A stretch of 64,000 nt of DNA from Picochlorum sp. SENEW3. Lineage: Eukaryota. This document shows, piece after piece, positions 43,676 through 54,540 of the stretch (the stretch's first letter is position 1; every line of letters begins with the position of its first letter). The position numbers and the translations under genes are program-made. The notes under the pieces were generated by a model. It did no database searches. It was not told the DNA's origin and saw nothing but the letters and a program-made list of their open reading frames with translations. The stretch spans positions 682,001-746,000 of the forward strand of contig CP120453.1 in assembly GCA_034226945.1 (NCBI GenBank), written 5' to 3'.

Positions 43676-44989
43676 CTATGGCTGCTTTGCATCCCATGCC
43701 TCTTTCAATTTAGGAATCCACAATGGACTGTTATATATCAGCAAACCTATCGTGAGCAGCATTGTGCCAAGAATGAAATTCAACCCCAAGCTGGGTGGTG
43801 CCCCCAAGAGTGGCCATGGAAGTGTGAATGCCCACATTGTTAAAGGAACGACACCACTCATGACGAGACTTAATGCAATATTTCCTGCTTTTTGAATCAA
43901 ATTTAGAGCAGAGACATTGAAAAGTAGGTTGATGAGGACATACAGCACAGGAAGGATTGGTGCTCCTCCGCAGTCACTTCCGCAGGATGGGGTTATTCCT
44001 CTAAAGCACTCCCATCCCATGGAAAGATGCTCTCCAATCCCATCCAAAGGTATTCCACGGGACATGGTCACGAATGGAAAGAGTAGGAATACAAACAAAG
44101 CCTGAGATGCAGAGCCAAAGCTATTAACAATGAACAAATCAACATCCTTTCCATTCTGCATGGTGCGCCCCTTTCTGAACAACCTGTCTTTCAGTAGTGT
44201 ATCGAGCGCAGGAAACAGGCACGACAAGATGTAAATCATGGCAAATTTTGGATCGATATTGGTCCATAGGGATGAACTCTGACCACGTGCCGGCCATGCT
44301 GCAAGACCAACACCACCCACAACAGCACCTACTCCGAGTAATTGAAGACCAGACATTGATTTCCGCAGGACTGTATACAGAAGAACTACCTGCCATAGCA
44401 GTATTGTTTGAGAAAGCAATGGAATCATCACTCCTGGAAGTCGAGCAGCTCCGATAAAACTCAGCAGTGATGAGACTGCCTCGACAAACCCAATTGCAAG
44501 CAAGGTTCCCCTAAATTTCCTTGGAATCTCCCATGCTTTGGGATGTAATGATTTTCTATAATTTTGTACCATCAATACTGTAGCATATACGAGAACGTAT
44601 CCAAATGTCTGAAATTGCGCCAGAAAGAAGATGTAGTTTTCCAAAGGGACTAGAGCCATTTTATACAGTATTCGATTCACAATGGCGCATAGGACCACCA
44701 TGGCTATAGCAAAAGCAATGCTCAATATTCTCTTTGTTGAGTTGATGGGATTGTGTTCCTGAAAATCGGAGGACGCCTCTCCTGCTGCAAGGCAATGCCA
44801 ATCATCACCATGCCGTTTCCAGTCTTGTTGGCCAAGGCATGTCCTTCTCCCTCTCGGAAGCACTCGCGACAGCCCGTATGCACCCCCGTGTGTGTGATAC
44901 CTCACACTGCTATGTGTGCGTTGCACGACATGTCGAATGCGACACAAGGGTGATGTACCACACACAGACTTGTGCATTAAAACCACCAT
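43676..44989 (-). CDS. CLT: CRT-like transporter (CLT), plastid
   Basis: NRILYKMALVPLENYIFFLAQFQTFGYVLVY, DLFIVNSFGS and Cys loop CFRG..CGSDCGGAP; multiple TM helices. Confidence 0.88.
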   Translation of the reverse strand: MVVLMHKSVCGTSPLCRIRHVVQRTHSSVRYHTHGGAYGLSRVLPRGRRTCLGQQDWKRHGDDWHCLAAGEASSDFQEHNPINSTKRILSIAFAIAMVVLCAIVNRILYKMALVPLENYIFFLAQFQTFGYVLVYATVLMVQNYRKSLHPKAWEIPRKFRGTLLAIGFVEAVSSLLSFIGAARLPGVMIPLLSQTILLWQVVLLYTVLRKSMSGLQLLGVGAVVGGVGLAAWPARGQSSSLWTNIDPKFAMIYILSCLFPALDTLLKDRLFRKGRTMQNGKDVDLFIVNSFGSASQALFVFLLFPFVTMSRGIPLDGIGEHLSMGWECFRGITPSCGSDCGGAPILPVLYVLINLLFNVSALNLIQKAGNIALSLVMSGVVPLTMWAFTLPWPLLGAPPSLGLNFILGTMLLTIGLLIYNSPLWIPKLKEAWDAKQP

Positions 44990-45659
44990 TGCTCCTCTAT
45001 TGGTTCTACCGCAGTCTCGTGATGATAGTCGCTACTGTCCCATTCAAAATCACATCAATAGATCTATCAAGATCATTAATTAACCGCAGGTGGACTCCCA
45101 CATCACCGATTGGTGCAGAAAAGTTGGCAGAGAGTTGGCCAAAGCATGCGACATTAATGTTTCCCAGTGGAATACTCTACTATGTGTCGATTGATGTAAA
45201 ATAAACAATCGCAATACCTTCCGATGATCTGGAATCGAGGCAATCAGTACACGACTTCTCCGAGATGAGCCTCACTTTCGTCATTCCAAGACAAAAGACA
45301 TCATCACCATCATGATGATGGTGATACCAAGACCTCGGATCTCTCTCCATTTGCCTTGATGGGGATGACTCGCACGAGTGCCATCTCAATCATGCGATAC
45401 GCACTCTCGACATGCCACACCATGCCTACGAAGAATTGGTTGTCCATCAGGGTGGTTTAGAGATGGGTTTTCTTGGGTGGAGTCAGGATGGGACTATGTG
45501 TACGGTCAAGTAGTATGTTTCATGGTAGCAAGCTGTCTTTCTGCAACCTGGCTCAAGAGGCACATGCCCACGTTATCCAGATCAGGCCACATGAGGAGAG
45601 GAACACGCTGGCCGAGACGTAGCATTAATTTGATTATTTCACAAGAATTTAGTTTCAAG

Positions 45660-46735
45660 ATGATGGCAATGACCAAGAATGTTGCTGGTGTGAGCCAGAT
45701 GGGAGCTCCACCAACCTTGGGTGTGAGACATGCGTCTACTTCTGTGCGTGCAACACCACAGAGTAGAAGACAGCAGATGATTAAAACACAGGCTGTTGGT
45801 GTGGATGTTACTGAAGCTGTAGGAATGATTGGCGAGGCATCGAGCAATATAGCTTTGGCTGTTGGGGGATCAGCTGCTGTTGCTGCCCTCTCTGCTGTGC
45901 TGATTGCTGCGGATCCAGAAAAGAGAAGAGCCGAGCAGATGAAAGAGACTGATGGAGATGAGTTGGAGGCGGTGAAGAAATATTTCAATACATCTGGGTT
46001 TGATCGCTGGAGAAAAATTTATGGAGAGACTGATGATGTGAACAAGGTGCAGTTGGATATTCGTGAGGGTCACGCTCAGACTGTGGAAAAGGTGTTGAAG
46101 TGGATCGATGAGGAGGGAGGTGTAGAGGATGTCTCTGTGTGCGATGCTGGGTGTGGAACTGGTAGTTTGGCCATTCCATTGGCACTCAGGGTATGTTTGT
46201 GTGGTATTTTTTATTTTTCAGGTGTGTCACATGTCATGTTTACCGAATACTACGTATTTTAATGCAGGGTGCAGCAGTGAGTGCGTCTGATATTTCTGCA
46301 GCAATGGCATCCGAGGCAGAGAGACGTTTCAACGAGGAGGTGGCCAAGGGTGCTCAAGCTCCACGCGTTGCCCCAGTGTTTGAGGCCAAAGATTTGGAAT
46401 CATGCTCGGGCAAGTATAATACAGTCACATGCCTTGATGTGATGATTCATTATCCTCAGAATAAAGCTGACGATATGATCACGCATTTGGCGAATTTGGC
46501 AGATGATCGGTTGATTATTTCATTTGCACCAAAAACACTCTACTACTCTGTGCTCAAGAGAATTGGTGAACTCTTCCCTGGCCCATCCAAGGCTACTCGT
46601 GCGTACTTGCATGCAGAAGAAGATGTTGAAGCTACGTTGAAGAGAAACGGATTCGAAGTTGTGAAGAGAGAAATGACAGCCACCTCCTTTTACTTTTCTA
46701 GATTGTTGGAGGCCAAGCGTGTTTCCAATGCATGA
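45660..46735 (+). CDS. CHLM: Mg-protoporphyrin IX methyltransferase; intron 46191-46267
   Basis: YFNTSGFDRWRKIYG, VQLDIREGH, SAM motif CDAGCGTG, CLDVMIHYP, PSKATRAYLH, FYFSRLLEA. Confidence 0.96.
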
Positions 46736-46808
46736 GAACCGTCGTGTAGATAGAATAATACATATTTACAAGATCTAAAAACAATATGAATATGACTTAT
46801 TTCGGTAT

Positions 46809-48620
46809 TTATTCAGTGAATCCACTGCGAGGAATTTCTCTGTCTGTGCTCCCTCGTCTTGCAACTCTCATATCCGCTCTATACCCTGTCTCACTCAAAC
46901 GAACCTCCTCTTCCTCTTGCTGATCGTCAGACGTGTAATCTTCCTCTGGATGCATTCGACCACCAAATATTGGTTTGAGTACAGAATTATCAAACTCTTT
47001 GAACCTTTGATGAATTGTCGATGATGACTCAGTGTCAAACTGGGCATCACTCTGTGTTTGCAGTGAATCTGGGTGTGCATCATCCCATCCCTGCTTATAT
47101 ATTTCAGCATCACTCTTTCCTTCTAGATCCAAATACCTCAACAAGGGGCCTGTGGCAGATCCAAGAGCCAACGATGAGGTCACTGCAATGAGTAACGTTG
47201 CTGTTTCAATCGCTGGAATACCAATGCCTTCAGCTCCATCCTCCTTCTCCTCCCCAGACGGCATATTTACCACCAGACCATACGCCACAGCACCTCTCAA
47301 ACCGACAGCCCACATCATTCTCATCATATTCACTGGCAACTTGTTCTTCCTGTAGTGGTTGATCAATTTTGTGCAGGGAATAATCATGGCCAAACGGGAC
47401 CCAATAGCAAATGGAATACCGCTAATCAAAAGACCAAAATCAAACGAATGAGACATTGTGGCAACTTGCAACCCCAAATACGCAAACACAAAAAGCTCAC
47501 ACAGGAATGCTCCCACTTCAAACAGTCTACGAACAGACACTTGTGCCTCATGAGAAACATTATAATACGAATAGTGAGAGTGGCATATTCCTGAAAAGAA
47601 CAACGCTACAATACCACTCATTCCAACAACTTCGGCAACAAGATATGCAAGGTATGATCCCATGATTAAAATCGACATTTCATAAATCGTGGGATCAATC
47701 GACTGCTCCTTGTGATTCTCTTGGTTTTCAGAAATGGACAACCCAGTGGAAGCCCCGTGCCCACTCTTCGTCCAACGATCTGGATTTGAATAATATTCAT
47801 CAAACCGTTTTAACAAGAAGGCACATGCGAGCGCCACGCCAGTCCCAACAATCAACGACCCGACCAGCAGAAAACAAAACTGAAAGAGAACTGCAGGAAT
47901 CGTCCCGATACTAAATGAGGATCCCGAAGACGTCTCTATCGAACGAAAAAGCACAATAGCGACAGCATCATTCAACACAGACTCCCCAAAGACGAGATTA
48001 TACAGAATAGGAGGTGTATTGCTCTGCGCTAGAACTGCCAGGGTTGCTACAGGATCAATCGATGATATAGCCGCCCCATACATGAAGCATTCCGCGAACG
48101 GAGCAGCCCCCATACTATTTGGACTAATGATATGGAGTAGGACGAGAATGTACGTCCCCAACCCAAATGTCACTGCCGAAATAAACGTCCCAAGAACAGC
48201 ATAGGTCAGAATAGCACCAATATTATCAAAAAATGACCGCTTCTTCAGCGTGAAACCAGCGGCAAACACTATAGGAGGCAGTAACGCATAAAAAAATGCT
48301 GCAGGAGAGAAGCGGAGCGTGTGTATCAGACCAGCAACCTTACTCAGAATTCCAAAAAAGACACCTAACAAGAGTGCACTGCTACTCGGAGGAAGAAGGG
48401 TAATCCTATAGCTATGAATCAGATATGTAGCAACCACAACAGCTATGAGTAATAACCAAACGACCGTTAACTCCTCCTACATACCCAAAAATACAAGAAG
48501 CCATCAGATTACCTACTGTCGCCGCATCCAAGAGAGACCACCACCCTTGACAATAGACATTCAGAAATATCTTTAAAAACAAAACCAATATCATACCGAG
48601 ACATAGCTGCTCTCTGACAT
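46809..48620 (-). CDS. NHX: Na+/H+ exchanger (CPA1, NHX/NHE family); intron 48477-48596
   Basis: FFYALLPPIVFAAG, IDPVATLA, VFGESVLNDAVAI, GLRGAVAYGL. A short first exon MSESSYVS is joined by a phase-0 GT-AG intron. Confidence 0.9.
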
Positions 48621-48754
48621 ACTGCCTTGTCAGATGCCAGAGGGTAATTTGATCGAGAATGTCGTACAAATCTTCTCTAAATCCAATCACGATATCCTCA
48701 TATGGGTATATTTATTACTTTTTTACACGCGCCCAAAGACTCATGCTGTGGTAT

Positions 48755-49852
48755 TTAAATCTCGAATGTCATCTGTTCTGCTTCATCCCGAATGCTCTGG
48801 AAGAGCACAGATGAGAGGTATCTCTCACCAAAGGATGGGAGAACAACAGTAATCAGTTTACCAGTATTCTCTGGGCGCTTGGCAACCTGATTCGCAGCAA
48901 CGACTGCAGCACCGGAAGAAATACCGACGAGAAGACCCTCTTCGGTCGCCAAGCGACGTGCCATCTCAACAGCATCATCACTGCTCACCTGAATCGTCTC
49001 ATCTAACACCGACATATCCAAGTTCTTTGGGATAAATCCTGCACCAATACCTTGAATTTTATGTGGCGCTGGGCTTCCACCACTAATCACCGGAGACTCT
49101 GTTGGCTCCACTGCCACAATCTTGATATTTGGGTTCTTCTCTTTCAGGTACTTTCCAGATCCAGAGATTGTACCACCAGTTCCCACACCAGCTACGAGGA
49201 TGTCAACTTTTCCATCTGTCGCATCCCAAATCTCTGGACCGGTTGTCTTGTAATGAATGGCTGGGTTGGCTGGGTTTTCAAACTGTTGCAAAATGTACGA
49301 GTTTGGAATGGCATCAGCAATCTCTTTCGCTTTACCAATAGCACCATTCATGCCCTTGGCAGGATCTGTCAACACAATTTCTGCTCCAAAGGCTCGGAAT
49401 AAGACTCGCCTCTCCACCGACATGCTCGCAGGCATGGTCAGGATCAACTTGTACCCCTTGGCAGCTGCAATAAAGGCCAATGCAATGCCTGTATTCCCAG
49501 AGGTTGGCTCCACCAGCGTCGTCTTCCCTGCAGAGACGAGACCCTTTTCTTCCGCGTCTTGAATCATGGCATACCCGATACGATCCTTGACAGAGTTGCA
49601 TGGACCCATGGTCTCCATTTTGGCAGCAATTGTGGCCACATTCCCTTCGGTAACTCTGTTCAAGTACACCATGGGGGTGTTTCCGATCAAATCAGATACC
49701 TTTGATGCAATCACTGGGGCATCTGATACAGCCTTGCAGACGGTGGCAGAGCTCTTGCGAGCAGTCATGGCTCCTCGACGAGCAGAAGTGTTGCTGAAGC
49801 CTCGTCGGACAACAACCTGCGCCATAAGAAGAGACATCACGTTGTATTGCAT
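48755..49852 (-). CDS. cysK: Cysteine synthase (O-acetylserine(thiol)lyase), organellar
   Basis: IGNTPMV, SVKDRIG (PLP Lys), [42 protein letters not shown]. Start uncertain (49825 possible). Confidence 0.95.
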   Translation of the reverse strand: MQYNVMSLLMAQVVVRRGFSNTSARRGAMTARKSSATVCKAVSDAPVIASKVSDLIGNTPMVYLNRVTEGNVATIAAKMETMGPCNSVKDRIGYAMIQDAEEKGLVSAGKTTLVEPTSGNTGIALAFIAAAKGYKLILTMPASMSVERRVLFRAFGAEIVLTDPAKGMNGAIGKAKEIADAIPNSYILQQFENPANPAIHYKTTGPEIWDATDGKVDILVAGVGTGGTISGSGKYLKEKNPNIKIVAVEPTESPVISGGSPAPHKIQGIGAGFIPKNLDMSVLDETIQVSSDDAVEMARRLATEEGLLVGISSGAAVVAANQVAKRPENTGKLITVVLPSFGERYLSSVLFQSIRDEAEQMTFEI

Positions 49853-50162
49853 ATATCATTTTATTATTATTCAAACATATGGCCTGAATGTATCTCAAAT
49901 AGAGACCATGCAGAGCGAAAAAGGTTGAGGTTTGAGAGTACGAAAGAGATCTCACAACACATCGGCTTCAGAGACACCTCCGTGACGCTCCTTGCGTCAC
50001 GAATTCACATAAATAACACCACTGGTAGTCAGATATTACGTACATTGGTTGATTGCTGCGATGTCATGGCGTGGGCTGTGACGCCACGTGGTACACTGAC
50101 TGCGGCACTCATCATTGTAAACCCAATCCGTGTTCACTCGTGTACAAATATAGATGAATAAA

Positions 50163-51815
50163 TTATTTTCCAATGCAAAATTCTGTAAAGATGCTGTCCA
50201 GGATATCCTCCACATCAATGTCGCCAGTGATTCGTTCTACTTGGCGCGCTGCCATTCTCAGCTCTTCTGCAGCCAATTCCAAGGCTGTCATCTGTCTAAA
50301 CCTGTCCAGGGCAAGCGCAGCATTGTGTAAATGTCTGAGATGTCTTTTGCGGTGTAGAACGGGAGGGATTGATGTGGATCCATGTGGTATGGGAGATGCC
50401 GTGAGTTGTTTTACTGCCTGTGCCATGTCATTGATGAGCGTGTCCATGCCATGTCCTGTTTTGCAGGATATCAATCTCTCCTGCCGGTCGGTGGATTCGG
50501 ACAGTGGCGCATTGTCGTCAGATAGATCCATCTTGTTCTTCACATATAGAACGCATGGGGCGCCATCAACGAGCTCGGCAAGATTCTCAAAGCCATCATC
50601 ATCATGGTCCATTCCAAAGGAGGACATGACAATCAGGATGTGGGCATGCTTGGCAGCATGCAGTATCCTAGAAATCCCTTCCTTTTCAATGTCATCATCT
50701 AATACGTCTCGAATACCTGCTCCATCCTGAATGATGACTTTATGGCCATGCAGGTCCAAGGCTGTTTCAATCACATCCCGAGTCGTGCCTGCATGGTGTG
50801 AGACAATGGCAGCCTGCCGCCCAACCAATGCATTCAACAGGCTACTCTTACCCACATTCGGTGGACCCACAAGAACCGCTCTGATCCCTTCTTTGATCAT
50901 CTCAGTTCGTGGAGCTGCCTGAATATGCGCCTGGATATCATGATACAATCCATCAGCCATCTCTTGGGCTCTTTCAAGGACATGATTGACATCATCTGGC
51001 TCTATATCATCCTCACCAAAATCTATAACAGCTTCTATCGATGCGATACATGTAATTAAAGATTGTCTCCATCGACGCACAATATCCTTTCCCAATCCTG
51101 TCGCCGAAGCCAACGCCACATCCCTCTGCGCTGCTGTTTGAGATGACAGCAAATCACCAAGCCCCTCAATCTGTGTCAAATCCATCTTTCCATTCTGAAA
51201 CGCTCTTTTAGTAAACTCACCAGGCTCTGCCGGCCGTACATGGTTTCCAAAACTCATCAATGCATCCAACACACCCTGCACCACCCCTCGCCCTCCATGC
51301 ACATGGAATTCAACAACATCCTCTCCGGTAAAGCTGTGGGGCTGTTTGAAATGAACCACCATGGCTTGGTGATCCAATAATACTCCTGATGTATTATTAA
51401 TATTATTCTCTTGAGTAGTAGTACTGGTAGTATATGTATTGTGCTCTCCATTCGCATCGCCCAAGGAGGGATGATACAATGACCTCACATACATGCGATG
51501 GGTTTGCCATCCCAAAGAAGAACAGGAAGAAGATGTTGGCATGACATTGGGCCCAACCATGCGATGCATCACATCCAGTGCATGAGGACCACTCACCCTG
51601 ATCACAGACACGCTCGATGGCTGCTGATATGAGAATACATTACTACCTTCTTCAGATAATGAGACCCCTCCAGTGCATGGAGCAAAGATGGTGTCTCTCG
51701 AAGAAGAAGAAGAAGAAGAAGAAGAGGTATTCTCCCATGATCCAAGCCACCGCCTTCTTCTTATATACAAAAATTCATGTCCCACACGTGAGCGTACCGT
51801 GAGATGGGAAAGCAT
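50163..51815 (-). CDS. mnmE: tRNA modification GTPase MnmE/TrmE, organellar
   Basis: SFTGEDVVEFHVHGG, AEPGEFTKRAFQNGK, GPPNVGKSS, GTTRD, NKMD and C-terminal FCIGK. Confidence 0.95.
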   Translation of the reverse strand: MLSHLTVRSRVGHEFLYIRRRRWLGSWENTSSSSSSSSSRDTIFAPCTGGVSLSEEGSNVFSYQQPSSVSVIRVSGPHALDVMHRMVGPNVMPTSSSCSSLGWQTHRMYVRSLYHPSLGDANGEHNTYTTSTTTQENNINNTSGVLLDHQAMVVHFKQPHSFTGEDVVEFHVHGGRGVVQGVLDALMSFGNHVRPAEPGEFTKRAFQNGKMDLTQIEGLGDLLSSQTAAQRDVALASATGLGKDIVRRWRQSLITCIASIEAVIDFGEDDIEPDDVNHVLERAQEMADGLYHDIQAHIQAAPRTEMIKEGIRAVLVGPPNVGKSSLLNALVGRQAAIVSHHAGTTRDVIETALDLHGHKVIIQDGAGIRDVLDDDIEKEGISRILHAAKHAHILIVMSSFGMDHDDDGFENLAELVDGAPCVLYVKNKMDLSDDNAPLSESTDRQERLISCKTGHGMDTLINDMAQAVKQLTASPIPHGSTSIPPVLHRKRHLRHLHNAALALDRFRQMTALELAAEELRMAARQVERITGDIDVEDILDSIFTEFCIGK

Positions 51816-52393
51816 TCTCACTCACAAATATAAAGCCAATCAAAGACACTCACATGTCATGACATGCTGCCACCGACAAGACATGACTGATTCCTCTCCT
51901 GCTGCTGCTACGAAATTCTCATGATGTAATACATATATAGTGTTGTTGGTGTTTTGAATGAAGGAGGTGTGTTTCATTCAATTGGGTCATCCCTAGGGAT
52001 GCAGGCCTGCACACTTTGGTTTTTTCAAATGTATTATATTACGGACCATCTGAGTCCGTCCATGATTCGTTATGGACACAGAGAGGCCAACATACTCTTC
52101 ATTACTCATAAACTATATATATAGATCTGAAAGGGAAGGAGGAAAGAGGTAAACTCACCCAGGATGACAAAACTTGTCGGATGTTTGTTGGTGGTTTGGA
52201 TTTTCGGATTTTGGTTAAAGTCTCCTCCTCTTTCTTCATCCGTACACGATGACACTGTGTGATTAGTATTATAGTAGTGATTGAGGGATACATAGACTGG
52301 ATTTGTGCGGCGTATCGAATACGGTTCTGTTTGACGAAGCTGTTGTTGCCGTTCTTGTGAGCGATTGTTGCATCCATCGAGGTGGTGAAAAGA

Positions 52394-54418
52394 ATGGTTC
52401 ATAGAAGGGATAGTCGGACTGGCTGGCGTGGGGTTGGTGTGGTGCTTGCGGTTGCTGTGTGGCTGCACGTGACCTCTGCCCCAGCAGCAGTTGAGGTGGA
52501 ACGTGGGCAGCAGAAATCAGCGAAACGGTATTTTGCGCTACCCCTGCAGTATCGTGATGTTGACAGACGGCCGTTGCAAAGGAGGCATATGATGAAGGCG
52601 CGGCGGACATTGAATGGGAGTCAGTATATACTTGACAAGGGCACGTCACGAGAGATGGGGGCAAGGAGGAATGCGACCATCACGTTGCATGGGGCCGTGA
52701 AAGATTTTGGATATTTTTATTCCAGTTTGTATTTGGGAACGCCGCCGAAGAAGTTTTCGGTGATTGTGGATACAGGAAGTACAATGACATATGTGCCATG
52801 TTCTACGTGTGGTAAAAGATGTGGACCGAATCACCAGGATTCGTCATTCGATCCTGGAGCGAGTTCCACCGCCGTGCGAATATCGTGTCATTCGGATGAT
52901 TGCAAGTGTGGGTCTCCGATATGTGCGTGTTCAAAGGATGAGGAATGCATGTACTCGAGGTCATATGCTGAGCAGAGTAGTAGTACTGGTGTGTTGTTGG
53001 AAGATGTGCTTGCGCTCCACGACGGTGGTCCTGGAGTTCGGGTGGCGTTTGGGTGTGAGACGAGGGAGACTGGAGAGATTTATAATCAACGGGCGGATGG
53101 GTTGTTTGGTTTGGGCCGATCTGATGATTCGCTGATCCAGCAGCTTGTGAAATCTGGATCTATTGATAATCAATTTTCCCTGTGTTTTGGTCTTGTTGAG
53201 GGAGATGGGGTTCTTTTACTGGGAGAATCTCCAGCACTGAAGGACGTATCGCTGACATACACGCCTCTTGTGGAATCGCCGACGAATGGCAATTATTACA
53301 CTGTCAACATGGGGAGTATCCGGGTGGCTGGGAAAACGCTGGACATTCTGCCATCTACATTTCATGTTGGATACTCTACAGTCTTGGACTCTGGCACAAC
53401 ATTTACATATATTCCCAGCGAAGCATTTAGTAGGTTTTCAGAGGCTGTTTCATCGTATGCAATTGCACGGGGATTGTTCTCTGTACCTGGTCCTGACCCT
53501 CAGTATGAGGATATTTGCTTTGGTGGTGCCCCGGAGCATAGTGATATCACTGGCTTGCGCAAAGTGTTTCCTCCAGTCCAATTTGTTTTCAAGGACGGGG
53601 TGGTGCTGGACTTGAGTCCGTTAAATTATTTATTCGTGCATACATTTGAGTCTGGAAAGTATTGCTTGGGAGTTTTTGATAATGGGGATGCAGGAGTTCT
53701 GCTGGGTGGTATAACCTTTAGAAATGTATTAGTACAGTATGATTTGGCTAAGAAGAGAGTTGGTTTTGGTGAAGCATCGTGCAAGGAGTTGGGGCTGAGA
53801 TATAGGCCCTCGTGCTCCATGTTCAAGACACCAGGTGATGAGGACTCTTCGGTGGTGCTCGCCCTGGCTGATGGTGATTGCGAAGCCGAAGAACGTGATT
53901 CAGGTAGCGATGATGACGAGTTTGGTGAAGAGGAGGATTCCGTGCAGGAGGAAGAGGTGCAGGTTCATGATGATATTGATGCATATGAGGACACTCATGC
54001 CATTATCCATCAGCCCAGTAATGTTTCAACAGATTATGGAAAGGTTGATTCGAGAAAAGTGCCATCAAGGCCTACGAAAAAGAATCCTCAGCTACCCGTC
54101 ATGTATGAGGAGAGTACCTTGGATGATGCACCTCAGCAGGAGGAATTCTACGATCATATTGTGTCATGGGTGCTCTTGGGAAGTTTGATGATTGTCTCAT
54201 TGATTGCAACCATGATTTTGGGCGTGAAAAAGGCAATGGACGTTTGTGCAAGAGCTCGGTACTCTTCTGTGAGCTCTGAAGATAGAGACAATAGCAATTT
54301 CACCTCCATGACGACAGGCGGTATCCATACAGTAAAGATGGTGGAGGACTTGGCTCGGAAGAGGGGGATTCAAATGTCCTCGCCAAGGGAGTCAAAGGAT
54401 GATTCGCTACGAAAGTAA
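52394..54418 (+). CDS. Pepsin-like (A1) aspartic protease with C-terminal transmembrane anchor
   Basis: Signal-like N-terminus, catalytic VDTGS and LDSGT, Cys-rich nepenthesin-type insert, LGGITFRNVLVQYD, C-terminal TM helix. Confidence 0.93.
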   Translation: MVHRRDSRTGWRGVGVVLAVAVWLHVTSAPAAVEVERGQQKSAKRYFALPLQYRDVDRRPLQRRHMMKARRTLNGSQYILDKGTSREMGARRNATITLHGAVKDFGYFYSSLYLGTPPKKFSVIVDTGSTMTYVPCSTCGKRCGPNHQDSSFDPGASSTAVRISCHSDDCKCGSPICACSKDEECMYSRSYAEQSSSTGVLLEDVLALHDGGPGVRVAFGCETRETGEIYNQRADGLFGLGRSDDSLIQQLVKSGSIDNQFSLCFGLVEGDGVLLLGESPALKDVSLTYTPLVESPTNGNYYTVNMGSIRVAGKTLDILPSTFHVGYSTVLDSGTTFTYIPSEAFSRFSEAVSSYAIARGLFSVPGPDPQYEDICFGGAPEHSDITGLRKVFPPVQFVFKDGVVLDLSPLNYLFVHTFESGKYCLGVFDNGDAGVLLGGITFRNVLVQYDLAKKRVGFGEASCKELGLRYRPSCSMFKTPGDEDSSVVLALADGDCEAEERDSGSDDDEFGEEEDSVQEEEVQVHDDIDAYEDTHAIIHQPSNVSTDYGKVDSRKVPSRPTKKNPQLPVMYEESTLDDAPQQEEFYDHIVSWVLLGSLMIVSLIATMILGVKKAMDVCARARYSSVSSEDRDNSNFTSMTTGGIHTVKMVEDLARKRGIQMSSPRESKDDSLRK

Positions 54419-54540
54419 TGCATCAATATATATATATATATGAATGTGTAAAATAAGAATAAATTCTACAGATGTGTCACAATTCTGTTACAAGCATAGT
54501 ACATTGAGTGCAAGTATTGTGGAATGAGATGCATCATCAC

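Noticed and set aside
45378..45659. N-terminal extension of the CHLM ORF
   Set aside because: Starts at GTG in promoter/UTR sequence; the transit-peptide-like sequence begins at ATG 45660.
51701..51724. (GAA)n tract, and similar (ATG)n near 24133 and (AT)n near 54427
   Set aside because: Ordinary microsatellites (poly-Ser, poly-His, UTR) with no sign of special function.
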